IMG/VR virus record: IMGVR_UViG_3300030060_002906
Location: 1-56,803 of that record
Length of the DNA stretch: 56,803 nucleotides
From: a virus
Lineage: Duplodnaviria > Caudoviricetes
Direction: 5' to 3' (one strand)
Shown here: piece after piece, positions 35,004 through 45,329 of the stretch
Position numbering within the stretch: the stretch's first letter is position 1
How the letters are laid out: every line of letters begins with the position of its first letter
The notes under the pieces: model-generated
Databases searched by the model: none
Seen by the model: the letters and a program-made list of their open reading frames with translations, nothing else
Told to the model about the DNA's origin: nothing
Position numbers and translations under genes: made by a program

Positions 35004-35909
35004 ATGAACAGTAAACAAATAGCAGCAGTTAAAAAAAAAATTATGGCTGAAGCTAAAAAAATGGCTGGATCAGACAGAGTAACTCGAACAGATATTGAAC
35101 TGGCTAAAAGAAAACTTATGAGAAAAAGTAAAAAATCTGAGGGTGGTATTTTAGATAGATTTAAAACATTTTTAGCATCTGGCGAAAAACCAAAAGGACA
35201 AGTGGGTAGAGGTAGTGCAGATACTCTTACAGGTAAAATAGTTACTAGGAAGTCTGTAAAAGAAAAGGAGGCTGATAAAAAGAAAAAAATGTTTTCTAAA
35301 ACTACTCCGGCAAACAAAGACACAACAAAAAGGTCTTATCAGGATGCTGCAGGTAAAGGTAGCGGTGCAGGAGTTAATACAGTTACAGCCACAAGTTTTG
35401 GAGCTGCATTTAAAATTGCTAGAAAGCAATTAGGTGCTGGTAAAACTTTTACATATAAAGGTAAAAAATATACAACTGATTTAGCAAGTGAAACTAAAAA
35501 AGGAACTAGAGGACCAGTACAAGGTCCACCAAAAGGTAAAAACGTAAGACCAGGTAGAAAAACAACTGGAGATAGAAGTCCTAGAGCACAAGCAAAGCAA
35601 AAAGAAAAACCTAAAACTAACAAAAATGTAGGTGCTTTCAACAGAAGAAATATAAGAAATAGAAACAGAGGTGTTTTTAAAACTATTACTGAACAACAAA
35701 GTGGCATACCTGATATTCAACCATTTGGCAAAGGTGGTATGGGTAATCTTAAACCAGTTCCTGCAGGTAAAAAAGGTAAGGGTCTAAGAAAACTACCAAA
35801 ACCTGTTAGAAATAAAATGGGTTATATGTCAGGTGGTGGTGTAGCTAATGGTTATGGTAGAGCTGCAATGAGACCTGGTAAAGATCCAAGAACTGTATCG
35901 AAGACTTAA
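35004..35909 (+). CDS. highly basic putative virion cargo protein
   Basis: Lys/Arg/Gly-rich; three xxGG tags; SFGAAFKIARKQLGAGKTFTYKGKKYTT module. Confidence 0.65.
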   Translation: MNSKQIAAVKKKIMAEAKKMAGSDRVTRTDIELAKRKLMRKSKKSEGGILDRFKTFLASGEKPKGQVGRGSADTLTGKIVTRKSVKEKEADKKKKMFSKTTPANKDTTKRSYQDAAGKGSGAGVNTVTATSFGAAFKIARKQLGAGKTFTYKGKKYTTDLASETKKGTRGPVQGPPKGKNVRPGRKTTGDRSPRAQAKQKEKPKTNKNVGAFNRRNIRNRNRGVFKTITEQQSGIPDIQPFGKGGMGNLKPVPAGKKGKGLRKLPKPVRNKMGYMSGGGVANGYGRAAMRPGKDPRTVSKT

Positions 35910-35910
35910 A

Positions 35911-36579
35911 ATGGTTAGTAAAACTTCCAGACAAGAATTAGCTATACAAAGAGCTAAGAAATATTTACGTAGTCAAGGCATTATGAACAAAAGAGATGAA
36001 GATAAAATGTCTGACAAAGTAAGAAAAAAAATGGAAGAGATACTTAGAAAAGTCAAAGGTGGTCCTGTAAGTAAAAAAGCTAGTCAGTTACAAGCAGCAC
36101 CTTCTGTTCGTGCTGGTAAAAAGAAAGCAACCCCTTCAAAAAAAGCAAGTGAGTTACAGCTAATAAAAAGAAAAAAATTAGGTTTAGCTAATGGTGGGCA
36201 ACCAAAAAGCAGACTAATTAATCCGTATATTTCTGTAAGAAAAAGCAAAGAGTTTACAAAAAATGAAAAAGCAGCTGCAGAAATTAAAAGAGAGGGAGCC
36301 ACCCTTGGAGCTCGTTACAAGAATTTAAATGTTGGTTTAACTTACGACAAAGATAAATATGTTAAACCAAGGTTTACACAAAAGATGACTAAAAAAGGTG
36401 TAAATATCGGTGTAGGTAGTAAAAAAGGTAATTTAAATATATCAGCAGGTAAAAAAACAGAAAGTAATCCTTTTGAAGGTAAGAAGACTGGTAAGTATTA
36501 TGAGATACAAGGCACTGTTAATTTTTCAAGAGGTGGTAGAGCTGCTATAAGAGGTACTAAATTTACAGGTATTAAATAA
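35911..36579 (+). CDS. basic protein with an amphipathic beta-rich segment between two GG tags
   Basis: GLANGG ... alternating beta strands ... YEIQGTVNF-SRGG. Confidence 0.6.
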   Translation: MVSKTSRQELAIQRAKKYLRSQGIMNKRDEDKMSDKVRKKMEEILRKVKGGPVSKKASQLQAAPSVRAGKKKATPSKKASELQLIKRKKLGLANGGQPKSRLINPYISVRKSKEFTKNEKAAAEIKREGATLGARYKNLNVGLTYDKDKYVKPRFTQKMTKKGVNIGVGSKKGNLNISAGKKTESNPFEGKKTGKYYEIQGTVNFSRGGRAAIRGTKFTGIK

Positions 36580-37268
36580 TGGCTACTTCAGGAACAACAG
36601 CATTTGACTTAGATATAGATGATATTATACAAGAAGCTTATGAAAGATGTGGTATAAGAACTAACTCTGGCTACGATTTAAAATCAGCAAGAAGAAGTTT
36701 AAATATTATGTTTACTGAGTGGGGTAATAGAGGTGTACATCTATGGAAAGTAGAACTAAAAGAACAATTACTTACTGCTGGTACAGCTACATATTCAGCA
36801 CCATCTAACGCTAATGATGTTTTGGAAGCTTATATTAGCACTACAACTAGCACAACATCTTCTACAAATGATGTATCTTTAACTAAAATTAGTAGAAGTG
36901 AATATGCTGCATTACCTAATAAAGGATCACAAGGACAACCTAGCCAATATTATGTTGATAGACAAACTACTCCTACGATTAGTTTGTATCAAACACCAGA
37001 TGCTAGCACTTATACATATTTAAAATATTATTACTTGAAAAGGATTGAAGATGCAGGTGCATATACTAATCAAGCAGACGTGGTATTTCGATTTATACCC
37101 TGTATGGTTGCAGGTCTTGCATATTATTTATCATTAAAAAGAAACCCACAAGCTGTGCAACAAAATAAACTACTATATGAAGATGAATTACAAAGAGCAT
37201 TGACAGAGGATGGACAAAGAAGTTCTGTATACATAACACCTCAAACATTTTATCCACAAGGAGTTTAA
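36579..37268 (+). CDS. head-tail adaptor / tail tubular protein
   Basis: MATSGT..FDLD..IIQEAYERCG, ARRSLN..WGNRG, GQPSQYY, RFIPCMVAGLAY. Confidence 0.75.
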   Translation: MATSGTTAFDLDIDDIIQEAYERCGIRTNSGYDLKSARRSLNIMFTEWGNRGVHLWKVELKEQLLTAGTATYSAPSNANDVLEAYISTTTSTTSSTNDVSLTKISRSEYAALPNKGSQGQPSQYYVDRQTTPTISLYQTPDASTYTYLKYYYLKRIEDAGAYTNQADVVFRFIPCMVAGLAYYLSLKRNPQAVQQNKLLYEDELQRALTEDGQRSSVYITPQTFYPQGV

Positions 37269-37269
37269 T

Positions 37270-37611
37270 ATGTCTAAAAGAAAAAAAAGAAAACAGCAAG
37301 AAAAATTTGGCACTATCGAATACAATATGGATATATTTGGTAAAAGTAAATACGATGAGCCTTATCCTTTACTGATAGGAGCAAGTAAAAGACCTAGAGA
37401 TATTAGAAAAAGAGAGTATAGAAAAAATAATCCTACTAATTTTTCTAAAAAGAAAATTACGATTAAAGATCCAATAGCTTTTGATCAGGCAGCTAGAAAA
37501 CTTTTAAATTTGCCTCCTAAGGTTTATTATGATGACAGGCAACCATTTAGCGAAGGTGGTATAGTTAGAGGCACTGGAGCTTCTAAACCTAGAAAATTTA
37601 AGGTATATTAA
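37270..37611 (+). CDS. basic hypothetical protein
   Basis: C-terminal PFSEGGIVRGTGASKPRKFKVY tag. Confidence 0.6.
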   Translation: MSKRKKRKQQEKFGTIEYNMDIFGKSKYDEPYPLLIGASKRPRDIRKREYRKNNPTNFSKKKITIKDPIAFDQAARKLLNLPPKVYYDDRQPFSEGGIVRGTGASKPRKFKVY

Positions 37612-37991
37612 TGCCATACGCAAGAGGAAAAAGATCAAAAGCAATATCTGACAGATCAGGTTTAGAGTTTCCATATACAGAAATGGTAAAAGAATGGAAT
37701 GGCTCTTTGGTACATAAATCAGAGTTTGAAGCTAAACATCCTCAAATAAAAAGAAAACATATAAAAGCAGATGCAATAGCTTTAGCTAACCCTAGACCTA
37801 TGCATCCTGATACACAAAAATTGTTTGTTTTATACATAAGTAATGGGTTTTTTTCTGAAACAAAAGATACTGGCATAACAGGTGGAGCAAGTATGTCTGT
37901 CGCAAGTAGTAACAATATACTAGGAACTAAATTAACATCAGTTCAGGCTACCACTGCTGTTGGAACTAATTTTACTGTGGTGATTTCATGA
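37611..37991 (+). CDS. conserved neck-module protein
   Basis: YARGKRSKAISDRSG...EWNG...FEAKHPQ...NPRP. Confidence 0.65.
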   Translation: MPYARGKRSKAISDRSGLEFPYTEMVKEWNGSLVHKSEFEAKHPQIKRKHIKADAIALANPRPMHPDTQKLFVLYISNGFFSETKDTGITGGASMSVASSNNILGTKLTSVQATTAVGTNFTVVIS

Positions 37992-38638
37992 GTATTACAC
38001 ATTCAGATTTTTTGACTCAAGTTAGAAACTATACTGAAGTAGATTCTAATGTATTATCAGATACTTTAATTGATCAGTTTATAAGAAATATTGAATTAGA
38101 TATTGCTGGTAAAGTTGATTACGATGATATAAGGGAATATGCCATAACCTTAAATTCTGGAACGCAAAGATACATAAATATGCCAGATGATTTAATTAGT
38201 ATTAGATCCATTCAAATCATAAATAATAATACAAGAGATTTTTTAGAAAAAAGAGACACATCTTTTATAGCTGAGTTCAACCCTACAAATGCAACAGGCA
38301 CACCTAAATATTATGCTAATTGGAATGAGTTGACAGTTGTATTAGCTCCAGTACCAGATATTAACTATGAAGTACAAGTAAATTATATAAAAGACCCTGA
38401 TCATTTTACATCAACAACAGATACATTTTTATCAAAAAATCAAGAAAATTTATTATTGTATGGTGTATTAGTAGAGTGTTTTAGTTATTTAAAAGGACCT
38501 ATGGATATGTACAAACTGTATGTAGATAAGTATAATGAAAATATACAGTCATTTATGCTTACACAAATGGGTAAACGTAGACGTGCTGATTATGATGACG
38601 GGGTGATGAGATTGCCAGTTCAATCACCATCCCCATAA
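37988..38638 (+). CDS. second head-tail adaptor protein
   Basis: GTPKYYA, LAPVPD, LLLYGVLVE...YLKG. Confidence 0.72.
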   Translation: MSITHSDFLTQVRNYTEVDSNVLSDTLIDQFIRNIELDIAGKVDYDDIREYAITLNSGTQRYINMPDDLISIRSIQIINNNTRDFLEKRDTSFIAEFNPTNATGTPKYYANWNELTVVLAPVPDINYEVQVNYIKDPDHFTSTTDTFLSKNQENLLLYGVLVECFSYLKGPMDMYKLYVDKYNENIQSFMLTQMGKRRRADYDDGVMRLPVQSPSP

Positions 38639-38654
38639 CTTATAGGAGAAAAAA

Positions 38655-39092
38655 ATGGCAATAACAACAAGTGCAGTATGTAATGTTTTTAAGACTGATG
38701 TTTTAAAAGGAGTGCATAATTTTACAGCATCATCAGGAAACACTTTTAAATTAAGTATGTACACATCAAGTGCAACTCTTGGTAAATCAACTACATCTTT
38801 CACAACAGACAATCAAGTATCTTCACCATCTGGCTATACAAGTGGTGGCAAAGCTTTAGTATCATCTACTCCAGTTTTAAGTTCAGATACAGCTGTGTGT
38901 GATTTTGCAGATTTATCTTTTGTGGGTGTTACTCTTACAGCAAGAGGTGCTTTAATCTATAACGATTCAGCTACTGGTGATCCAGCAGTTGCAGTGCTAG
39001 ATTTTGGTGGAGATAAAACAGCTACTTCAGGTACATTTACAATACAGTTTCCTACTGCTAATGCTTCAGATGCTATTATAAGAATAGCTTAA
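38655..39092 (+). CDS. tail structural protein
   Basis: CNVFKT..L.G.HNF, GYTSGGKAL, ARGALIYN, VLDFGGDKT, FTIQFP. Confidence 0.72.
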   Translation: MAITTSAVCNVFKTDVLKGVHNFTASSGNTFKLSMYTSSATLGKSTTSFTTDNQVSSPSGYTSGGKALVSSTPVLSSDTAVCDFADLSFVGVTLTARGALIYNDSATGDPAVAVLDFGGDKTATSGTFTIQFPTANASDAIIRIA

Positions 39093-39108
39093 GTAGGAGT
39101 TTTATAAC

Positions 39109-40524
39109 GTGACTACAAGAACATTTACAGTCACAGTAGTAAATGTTAGTGGTAACAATAAGTATTTTATTGATGGAGTACAACAAGCTACTGTAAATTT
39201 AGCAGAAGCAGGTACTTATGTATTTAATTGGTCTGATAGTTCAGCAATAAATCACCCAGTAAGGTTTTCTACAAGTTCTGATGGCACACATGGTGGAGGT
39301 TCAGAATACACTACAGGTGTCACTAAAAACGATGGTGCTTACACTACAACTATTACAGTTGCTATCGGAGCTCCAACTTTATATTATTACTGCCAATATC
39401 ACCCTAATATGGGTGGACAAGCTAACACAGTATCAGCGACATCTTGGGGTATGTTGTCTTGGAATATTGGTGCTTGGGGTAATCAAGCAGATTTAACATT
39501 AAGTGTAACTGGTGTTGGTGCCACTTCAGCAGTTGGTTCAGTTGTCGCTGATGGTGTTATAAATACTGGATGGGGTAGAGTAGCATGGGGTGAATTTGGT
39601 TGGGGTATAGGAGGTCAGGTTGTTGCCTCTGGGGTAGGCGCTACTTCAGCAGTTGGTAGCGTATCACAAACTATTACAGCAGATTTAAATGTAACAGGAG
39701 TATCCACAACAAGTTCAGTTGGCACTGTTACTGTTGAGGTAGCACAAGACGTATCAGCACCAGATGTTAGCCTTACAAGTTCAGTAGGTTCTGTAGTAGT
39801 AACTCATACTGGCTTAGTTGCACCTACTGGTGTAGCAGCTACTTCTAGTGTAGGAACTGCAACTGTAGATGAAAGATTTTTAGTAGGGTCTGGTTGGGGT
39901 AGACTAAGTTGGGGTAACCAAGCTTGGGGTGTAGTATATGGAGTAATTCCAAATGGCTTAAGTGCAAACTCTGCTGTTGGTACTTCTACAATTACTGCTG
40001 ATTGTAATATATCAGTTACTGGTGTAGCAGCCACAAGTACAGTTGGAGCAGTTGCAGGTGTATCAACTGATATTTTAATTACTCAGACTGGTTTAGGATT
40101 AACAAGTTCTGTTGGTAATTCTACTATAGAAATTACTTTTGGTGCAGTGGTAACAGGAGTTGCCTCAACATCAGCAGTAGGTTCTGTAATTGTTGCACCT
40201 AAAATAGAAGTGCCAGTTACAGACGGAACTTTAACCTCTTCTGTGGGTTCTGTTACTTTTTCAATAACAGGTTCTACTTCTGTAACAGGAGTAGCTTCAA
40301 CTAGCTCTGTTGGTTCGATCGTTCCAGAGTCTATTTACTCCGTCACTGGTGTTGCCGCAACATCAGCAGTAGGGAATCCAACAGAGGTAACAGGCACTGG
40401 AGTAGTAGATGATGTTACAGGAGTGGTATTGACGAGTAATGTTGGAAGTGTAATAATAATAGCATGGAACAGAGTAGATACAGGAACTCCTGTAACCTGG
40501 ACAAAAATAACAACAGCGGCTTAA
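39109..40524 (+). CDS. tail fibre-like protein with N-terminal cupredoxin-like domain and Ser/Thr/Val/Gly repeats
   Basis: GTG start, RBS aggag; NHP...YYYCQYHPNMGG; repeated TGVAATSSVG and WG..xWG units. Confidence 0.7.
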   Translation: MTTRTFTVTVVNVSGNNKYFIDGVQQATVNLAEAGTYVFNWSDSSAINHPVRFSTSSDGTHGGGSEYTTGVTKNDGAYTTTITVAIGAPTLYYYCQYHPNMGGQANTVSATSWGMLSWNIGAWGNQADLTLSVTGVGATSAVGSVVADGVINTGWGRVAWGEFGWGIGGQVVASGVGATSAVGSVSQTITADLNVTGVSTTSSVGTVTVEVAQDVSAPDVSLTSSVGSVVVTHTGLVAPTGVAATSSVGTATVDERFLVGSGWGRLSWGNQAWGVVYGVIPNGLSANSAVGTSTITADCNISVTGVAATSTVGAVAGVSTDILITQTGLGLTSSVGNSTIEITFGAVVTGVASTSAVGSVIVAPKIEVPVTDGTLTSSVGSVTFSITGSTSVTGVASTSSVGSIVPESIYSVTGVAATSAVGNPTEVTGTGVVDDVTGVVLTSNVGSVIIIAWNRVDTGTPVTWTKITTAA

Positions 40525-40538
40525 CAAAAGGATAAAAT

Positions 40539-41435
40539 ATGGCATCTACATACTCATCAGATTTAAAACTTGAACTCATGGCAACTGGTGAAAACGCTGG
40601 TACATGGGGTGATAAAACAAATACAAATTTAAATTTAGTACAACAGGCAATAGGTGGCTTTGAACAAGTCACAGTTGGTGATGGAGCAACAGTTGCTCTT
40701 GCCATGACTGATGGTACTATATCAAACGCAAGAAATATGGTTGTTAAAGTGGCTACTGTTACTCTATCAGGAGCCACTGTTTTAACAGTACCTGACAGCA
40801 TTGAAAAAATGTACATCTTTGATGTAACAGCTGTAACAAACCCAACAAACTTAACTATTAAAACTGCAAGTGGGACTGGCTTTTCTCCAGATCAAGCAAA
40901 AATTTATTTTGCATATGCAGACGGAACTAACATAGTAGAAGTATCTTTAGATACTCTAGGTGGTGCAATTGGTTCTGATAGTTTACCAACTGTACCTGTA
41001 AATAAAGGTGGTACGGGTGCAACAACTTTAGCAGGTGCAAATATAGCAGTATTAAACGCTACAAATAATTTTGCAGATAATATATTACAAAGAAGTTTGT
41101 TAAAAGACACAGGTGAAGTTAGAGTAGCATTAGGAGATTTAGGTGGTGGCACAGACGATATAGATTTATCTGCTGGAAATGTTTTTACTGCAACAGTATC
41201 AACAGGCACACAAACTTTAACTTTTTCAAACCCAAGTCCAAGTGGTAATGCTTGTACTTTTATGTTGATACTAACTAATGGTGGATCACAAACAGTAAAC
41301 TTTCCAGCATCTGTAGATTTTCCTGGTGGTTCTGCACCAACTTTAACAGCAGCTGGTGTAGACATTTTAATGTTTACCACAGTAGATGGGGGTACAACAT
41401 ATCATGGCATTTTAGCAAGTTCGGATAGTAAATAA
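40539..41435 (+). CDS. tail fibre protein
   Basis: MASTYS..LELMATGENAGTWG..TNTNL anchor, VPVNKGGTGATT, C-terminal GSAPTLT..GVDI domain. Confidence 0.75.
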   Translation: MASTYSSDLKLELMATGENAGTWGDKTNTNLNLVQQAIGGFEQVTVGDGATVALAMTDGTISNARNMVVKVATVTLSGATVLTVPDSIEKMYIFDVTAVTNPTNLTIKTASGTGFSPDQAKIYFAYADGTNIVEVSLDTLGGAIGSDSLPTVPVNKGGTGATTLAGANIAVLNATNNFADNILQRSLLKDTGEVRVALGDLGGGTDDIDLSAGNVFTATVSTGTQTLTFSNPSPSGNACTFMLILTNGGSQTVNFPASVDFPGGSAPTLTAAGVDILMFTTVDGGTTYHGILASSDSK

Positions 41436-42688
41436 TGGGAACATCTATTGGATCAGGAAAGTTTGGTTTCAAGCAAGCAGGTGGTGGTAAAGCAGGAACT
41501 TATTTTGGAGATGGTTCAGATGGTGCTGTAACTTTTTCTGGTAGCACTACTGATGGTATATCTGCTGGAGCAAGTTCTTATGGTTTATATTCTATAGATG
41601 GTGCTGCACCAGCTGGTTATCCAGCACCTTTAGCAGGATCAAATGTATATGAATACACTGTACCAAACAAAGATGGCTCTTATGATGGAGATGCTGTAGT
41701 AAAACAATTTACATCTCTAACTATAAATTCTGGATATGTATTAACTACTGATCAACCTTGTAGAGGTCTTTTTATAATGGTGCAAGGAGATTGTACTTTA
41801 AATGGTTCTATATCAATGACAGCAAGAGGGGCTTTTGCTAATCCTGATACACATGGAGGTAATGCTGCTGGAATTAGAGTTCCAGTTAATCAAATTAGTG
41901 GTAACGCTTTAGGTGAAGATTTGTCAGGTGGTGCGATTTTTGATGGAATGGGAACTGCTGCAACTAATTTAGAAACAAGTTTTAATGATGCAATTAGCGG
42001 TCCTGGTGCTTTTTTAACTGTGCCAAAAGTAGGTATGCCCGCAGATGGCACAAGAACTATAGAACCTGGTAGTGATCAAGATATGAAGGGTTCTTTTGGT
42101 TTGTCTGGTGATAACTGGACAGTAGCAGGTTCTTGGGGAGCTAGACCAACTAATGCAGGAAAAACTGGTGAGGGTGGTTCAGGTAGAAATAGAACAGGTG
42201 CGACTCCGGGAATAGCAGGTTCAGTTTTTTCAGGAGGGCCTGGGGGTGGTGGTTCTTATTTTGGTTCAGGATTTGAAGGACAAGATTATGGTGGTGCTGG
42301 AGGACCTAACGCAGCTGGTGGAGATTGGGCTGCTGCTGGTGGTGCAGGTAATCCGGGTGGTGGAAATAGTTTTGGTTCTGGTAGAGGTGGAGATGGCACT
42401 GGAGGTTTATTAATATTATTAGTAGGTGGTAATCTTACTATCGGTGCAAGTGGAGGTCTTTATGCCAAAGGAGTAGGCGGAGGCACTAGACTATCTTCAG
42501 GACAACAAGTTCCTGGTTCAGGTTCCGGTGGTGGAGCCATAATATGTGCATACGCTGGTACTTTAAGTAATAGTGGTACAATCAATGTAGATGGAGGTAT
42601 AATATCTACTGCTGATAATAGTGACAATACAAGTTATCCTTGCCCTCAAGGTGGTGCAGGTTCTTATCAATTAATAAATTTAGCGTAG
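41435..42688 (+). CDS. glycine-rich tail fibre tip / receptor-binding protein
   Basis: YFGDGSDG, multiple GGxGG stretches, GSGSGGGAI. Confidence 0.7.
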   Translation: MGTSIGSGKFGFKQAGGGKAGTYFGDGSDGAVTFSGSTTDGISAGASSYGLYSIDGAAPAGYPAPLAGSNVYEYTVPNKDGSYDGDAVVKQFTSLTINSGYVLTTDQPCRGLFIMVQGDCTLNGSISMTARGAFANPDTHGGNAAGIRVPVNQISGNALGEDLSGGAIFDGMGTAATNLETSFNDAISGPGAFLTVPKVGMPADGTRTIEPGSDQDMKGSFGLSGDNWTVAGSWGARPTNAGKTGEGGSGRNRTGATPGIAGSVFSGGPGGGGSYFGSGFEGQDYGGAGGPNAAGGDWAAAGGAGNPGGGNSFGSGRGGDGTGGLLILLVGGNLTIGASGGLYAKGVGGGTRLSSGQQVPGSGSGGGAIICAYAGTLSNSGTINVDGGIISTADNSDNTSYPCPQGGAGSYQLINLA

Positions 42689-42696
42689 GAGAAATT

Positions 42697-43143
42697 ATGA
42701 GATATGTAAAAGTAGAAGATGGTAAAGTTACAAAAACTATAGACAACCTAGGCAAAGAATATCCAACTACTTGTTTTCCAGCAGGTGGACCAAATTCAGA
42801 TTGGCTTTCAGGTGAAAAGTTAGTGGTTGTTACAGAAGTAAAGTTTAGTGACTCAAGAGATAAAGTTGAAAATGTAGATCCTTTTCTAGATGATGGTAAA
42901 TGGTATACACAAAAAGTGACACCTTATGTAGCACCAACTATTACTACAGAAGAAAAATGGGAAATGATTAGAAACGATAGAAATGATAGGTTGCGTAGAT
43001 GTGATTACGTGTTAATTGCTGATGCACCTAGTTCTGTTACATCTAAATTAGATGATTGGAAAACTTATAGACAGGCTTTAAGAGATATAACAAAACAATC
43101 AGATCCAGATAAAATTAGCTGGCCTTCAGAACCTAGCTCATAA
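42697..43143 (+). CDS. tail fibre assembly chaperone
   Basis: WEMIRNDRNDRL..CDY...WKTYRQALRDIT...WPSEP; RBS aggag supports ATG 42697. Confidence 0.85.
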   Translation: MRYVKVEDGKVTKTIDNLGKEYPTTCFPAGGPNSDWLSGEKLVVVTEVKFSDSRDKVENVDPFLDDGKWYTQKVTPYVAPTITTEEKWEMIRNDRNDRLRRCDYVLIADAPSSVTSKLDDWKTYRQALRDITKQSDPDKISWPSEPSS

Positions 43144-43154
43144 GGTAATACCTT

Positions 43155-45326
43155 ATGCTTAGGGAAGTCAAAATTGCAGCAGGTATAAATAAACAAGTTA
43201 CACCTACAGGAGCACAAGGTAAGTGGATAGACTGCGATAATGTTCGATTTAGATATGGATACCCAGAAAAAATAGGAGGATGGGAACAAGTTACTACTAG
43301 CACTTTAGTTGGTGTTACTAGAGCAATGCACATTTGGGCAGATAAATTAGGTCGTAGATTTATAGCCATAGGCACTAATAAAGCTTTGTTTATTTATTAC
43401 GATGGTGCATATTATGATGTTACACCTCTAGACACAGCAATAACTTCTTGCACTTTTACATCTTCAAATAATTCATCAACTGTTACAATAAATAAAGCAG
43501 GACATGGTTTAGTAGAGGGAGATTTATTTTTATTTAGTAGCGTAACTTTACCAGGTGGTGGAGTGACTGGATATACTGCTAGTAATTTTACCACTAACAC
43601 TTTTCAAGTAATTACTGCTGAATCAGATACTTTTACTGTAACTATGGCAAGTGTCGAATCAGGCACCGGAATGACTGCTGCTGGGTCAGTTACTGTCACA
43701 CCTTACTTTGATATAGGCGATGCTTTACAAGTTGCTGGTTATGGTTGGGGGACAGGTAGATATGGTGGTGAGGCTTTTCCATTAGCAACTAGCACTTTAA
43801 ATGGAGCATTATTAAACGATTCAAACGGAACTGGTGGATCAGGCACAACAATAGCTTTAGCTTCTACAGCTAATTTTTCTGCAACAGGTGGAACTATAAA
43901 AGTGGACAATGAATTAATAACATACACCGGTGTTAGTGGTAGTAATTTAACTGGTATATCAAGAGGTGCATCTGGTACTTCAACAGCTGCACATAGTGAT
44001 GGCACTACTGTAGAAGAGGCATCTGATTATTTTGGTTGGGGGGATGCAACTAATCAAGCTGTAACTATACTAGAACCTGGTAATTGGTCATTAGATAATT
44101 TTGGTGAAATACTTATAGGCACTGTTAGGAACAATAAATCTTTTCAATGGAATCCAGGTTCTGCATCTCCACTTACGACAAGAGCAACTGTAATAACAGG
44201 AGCTCCAGAAAAAAGTGTTATGACATTAGTTTCTGATAGAGATAGACATTTAATACATTTAGGTACGGAGCCAACTATAGCTAGTGGCACCCAAGATAAA
44301 ATGTTTATTCGTTTTTCAGATCAAGAAAGCTTATCTGATTATACTCCTACATCTACAAATACGGCAGGAACATTTAGAATAGACAACGGAACAAAAATAG
44401 TAGGTGGTGTAAATGCTGGTTCTTACAATTTAATACTTACTAATACAGCAGCTTATACTATGAGATTTATAGGACCACCTTTTACTTTTGGTATAGAACA
44501 AGTAGGTGCGAACTGTGGTTTAGTATCACAGCATGGAGTAGTTGCTGTAAATGGTGTTGTATATTGGATGGGTCAAGCAGGTGGTTTTTATTTATTTGAT
44601 GGTACAGTAAAAAAAATACCTTGTTCAGTAGAAGATTTTGTATTTACAACTATAGACGATGGAGACTTAGGTTTAAACTTTGATGCCTCAGATGTCATAT
44701 TTGCAGGTTATAATTCTTTGTTTGGAGAGATAAACTGGTTTTACCCAAAAGCAGGATCTTTGCAAATAGATAGAGTTGTTACTTATAATTACTTAGAACA
44801 AGTTTGGACTATAGGATCTTTAGCTAGAACAAGTTATTATGACAAAACTATTTTTGATAATCCTTATGCTAGTTCATTTGATAGTTCTGCTGTGCCTAAT
44901 TTTCCTAATATTCAAGGTGTTACAAATATAAATGGTGCTAGCACATTATATCAACACGAAAAAGGTAATAATCAAGTTAATAATAATGCTACAACTCCTA
45001 TAATAGGTAGCATACAAAGTGGAGATTTTGAAGTTAATACTCCTGATGCAGGCACTGGAGAATTTTTTATAAAAGTAAGAAGATTTGTACCTGATTTTAG
45101 AGCCCTTACTGGCAACGCACAAGTTACAATAAATTTAAAAGATTTTCCTAGTGATCAAGAGGCTAGCAGCAGTTTAGGACCTTTTACAATAAATAGCTCA
45201 ACTCAAAAAGTTGATACTAGAGCTAGAGGCAGAGCAGCCAATCTTAAAATAGAAAATACTGCAACAGATGAGACTTGGCGTTATGGAACATTCAAAGCTG
45301 ATACACAAATAGATGGCAGGCGTTAA
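43155..45326 (+). CDS. tail nozzle / tubular protein B (P22 gp10-like)
   Basis: 723-aa beta-propeller-like protein; WIDCDNVRFR, IRFSDQE, NTAGTFR, WRYG...DGRR. Confidence 0.78.
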   Translation: MLREVKIAAGINKQVTPTGAQGKWIDCDNVRFRYGYPEKIGGWEQVTTSTLVGVTRAMHIWADKLGRRFIAIGTNKALFIYYDGAYYDVTPLDTAITSCTFTSSNNSSTVTINKAGHGLVEGDLFLFSSVTLPGGGVTGYTASNFTTNTFQVITAESDTFTVTMASVESGTGMTAAGSVTVTPYFDIGDALQVAGYGWGTGRYGGEAFPLATSTLNGALLNDSNGTGGSGTTIALASTANFSATGGTIKVDNELITYTGVSGSNLTGISRGASGTSTAAHSDGTTVEEASDYFGWGDATNQAVTILEPGNWSLDNFGEILIGTVRNNKSFQWNPGSASPLTTRATVITGAPEKSVMTLVSDRDRHLIHLGTEPTIASGTQDKMFIRFSDQESLSDYTPTSTNTAGTFRIDNGTKIVGGVNAGSYNLILTNTAAYTMRFIGPPFTFGIEQVGANCGLVSQHGVVAVNGVVYWMGQAGGFYLFDGTVKKIPCSVEDFVFTTIDDGDLGLNFDASDVIFAGYNSLFGEINWFYPKAGSLQIDRVVTYNYLEQVWTIGSLARTSYYDKTIFDNPYASSFDSSAVPNFPNIQGVTNINGASTLYQHEKGNNQVNNNATTPIIGSIQSGDFEVNTPDAGTGEFFIKVRRFVPDFRALTGNAQVTINLKDFPSDQEASSSLGPFTINSSTQKVDTRARGRAANLKIENTATDETWRYGTFKADTQIDGRR

Positions 45327-45329
45327 TGA

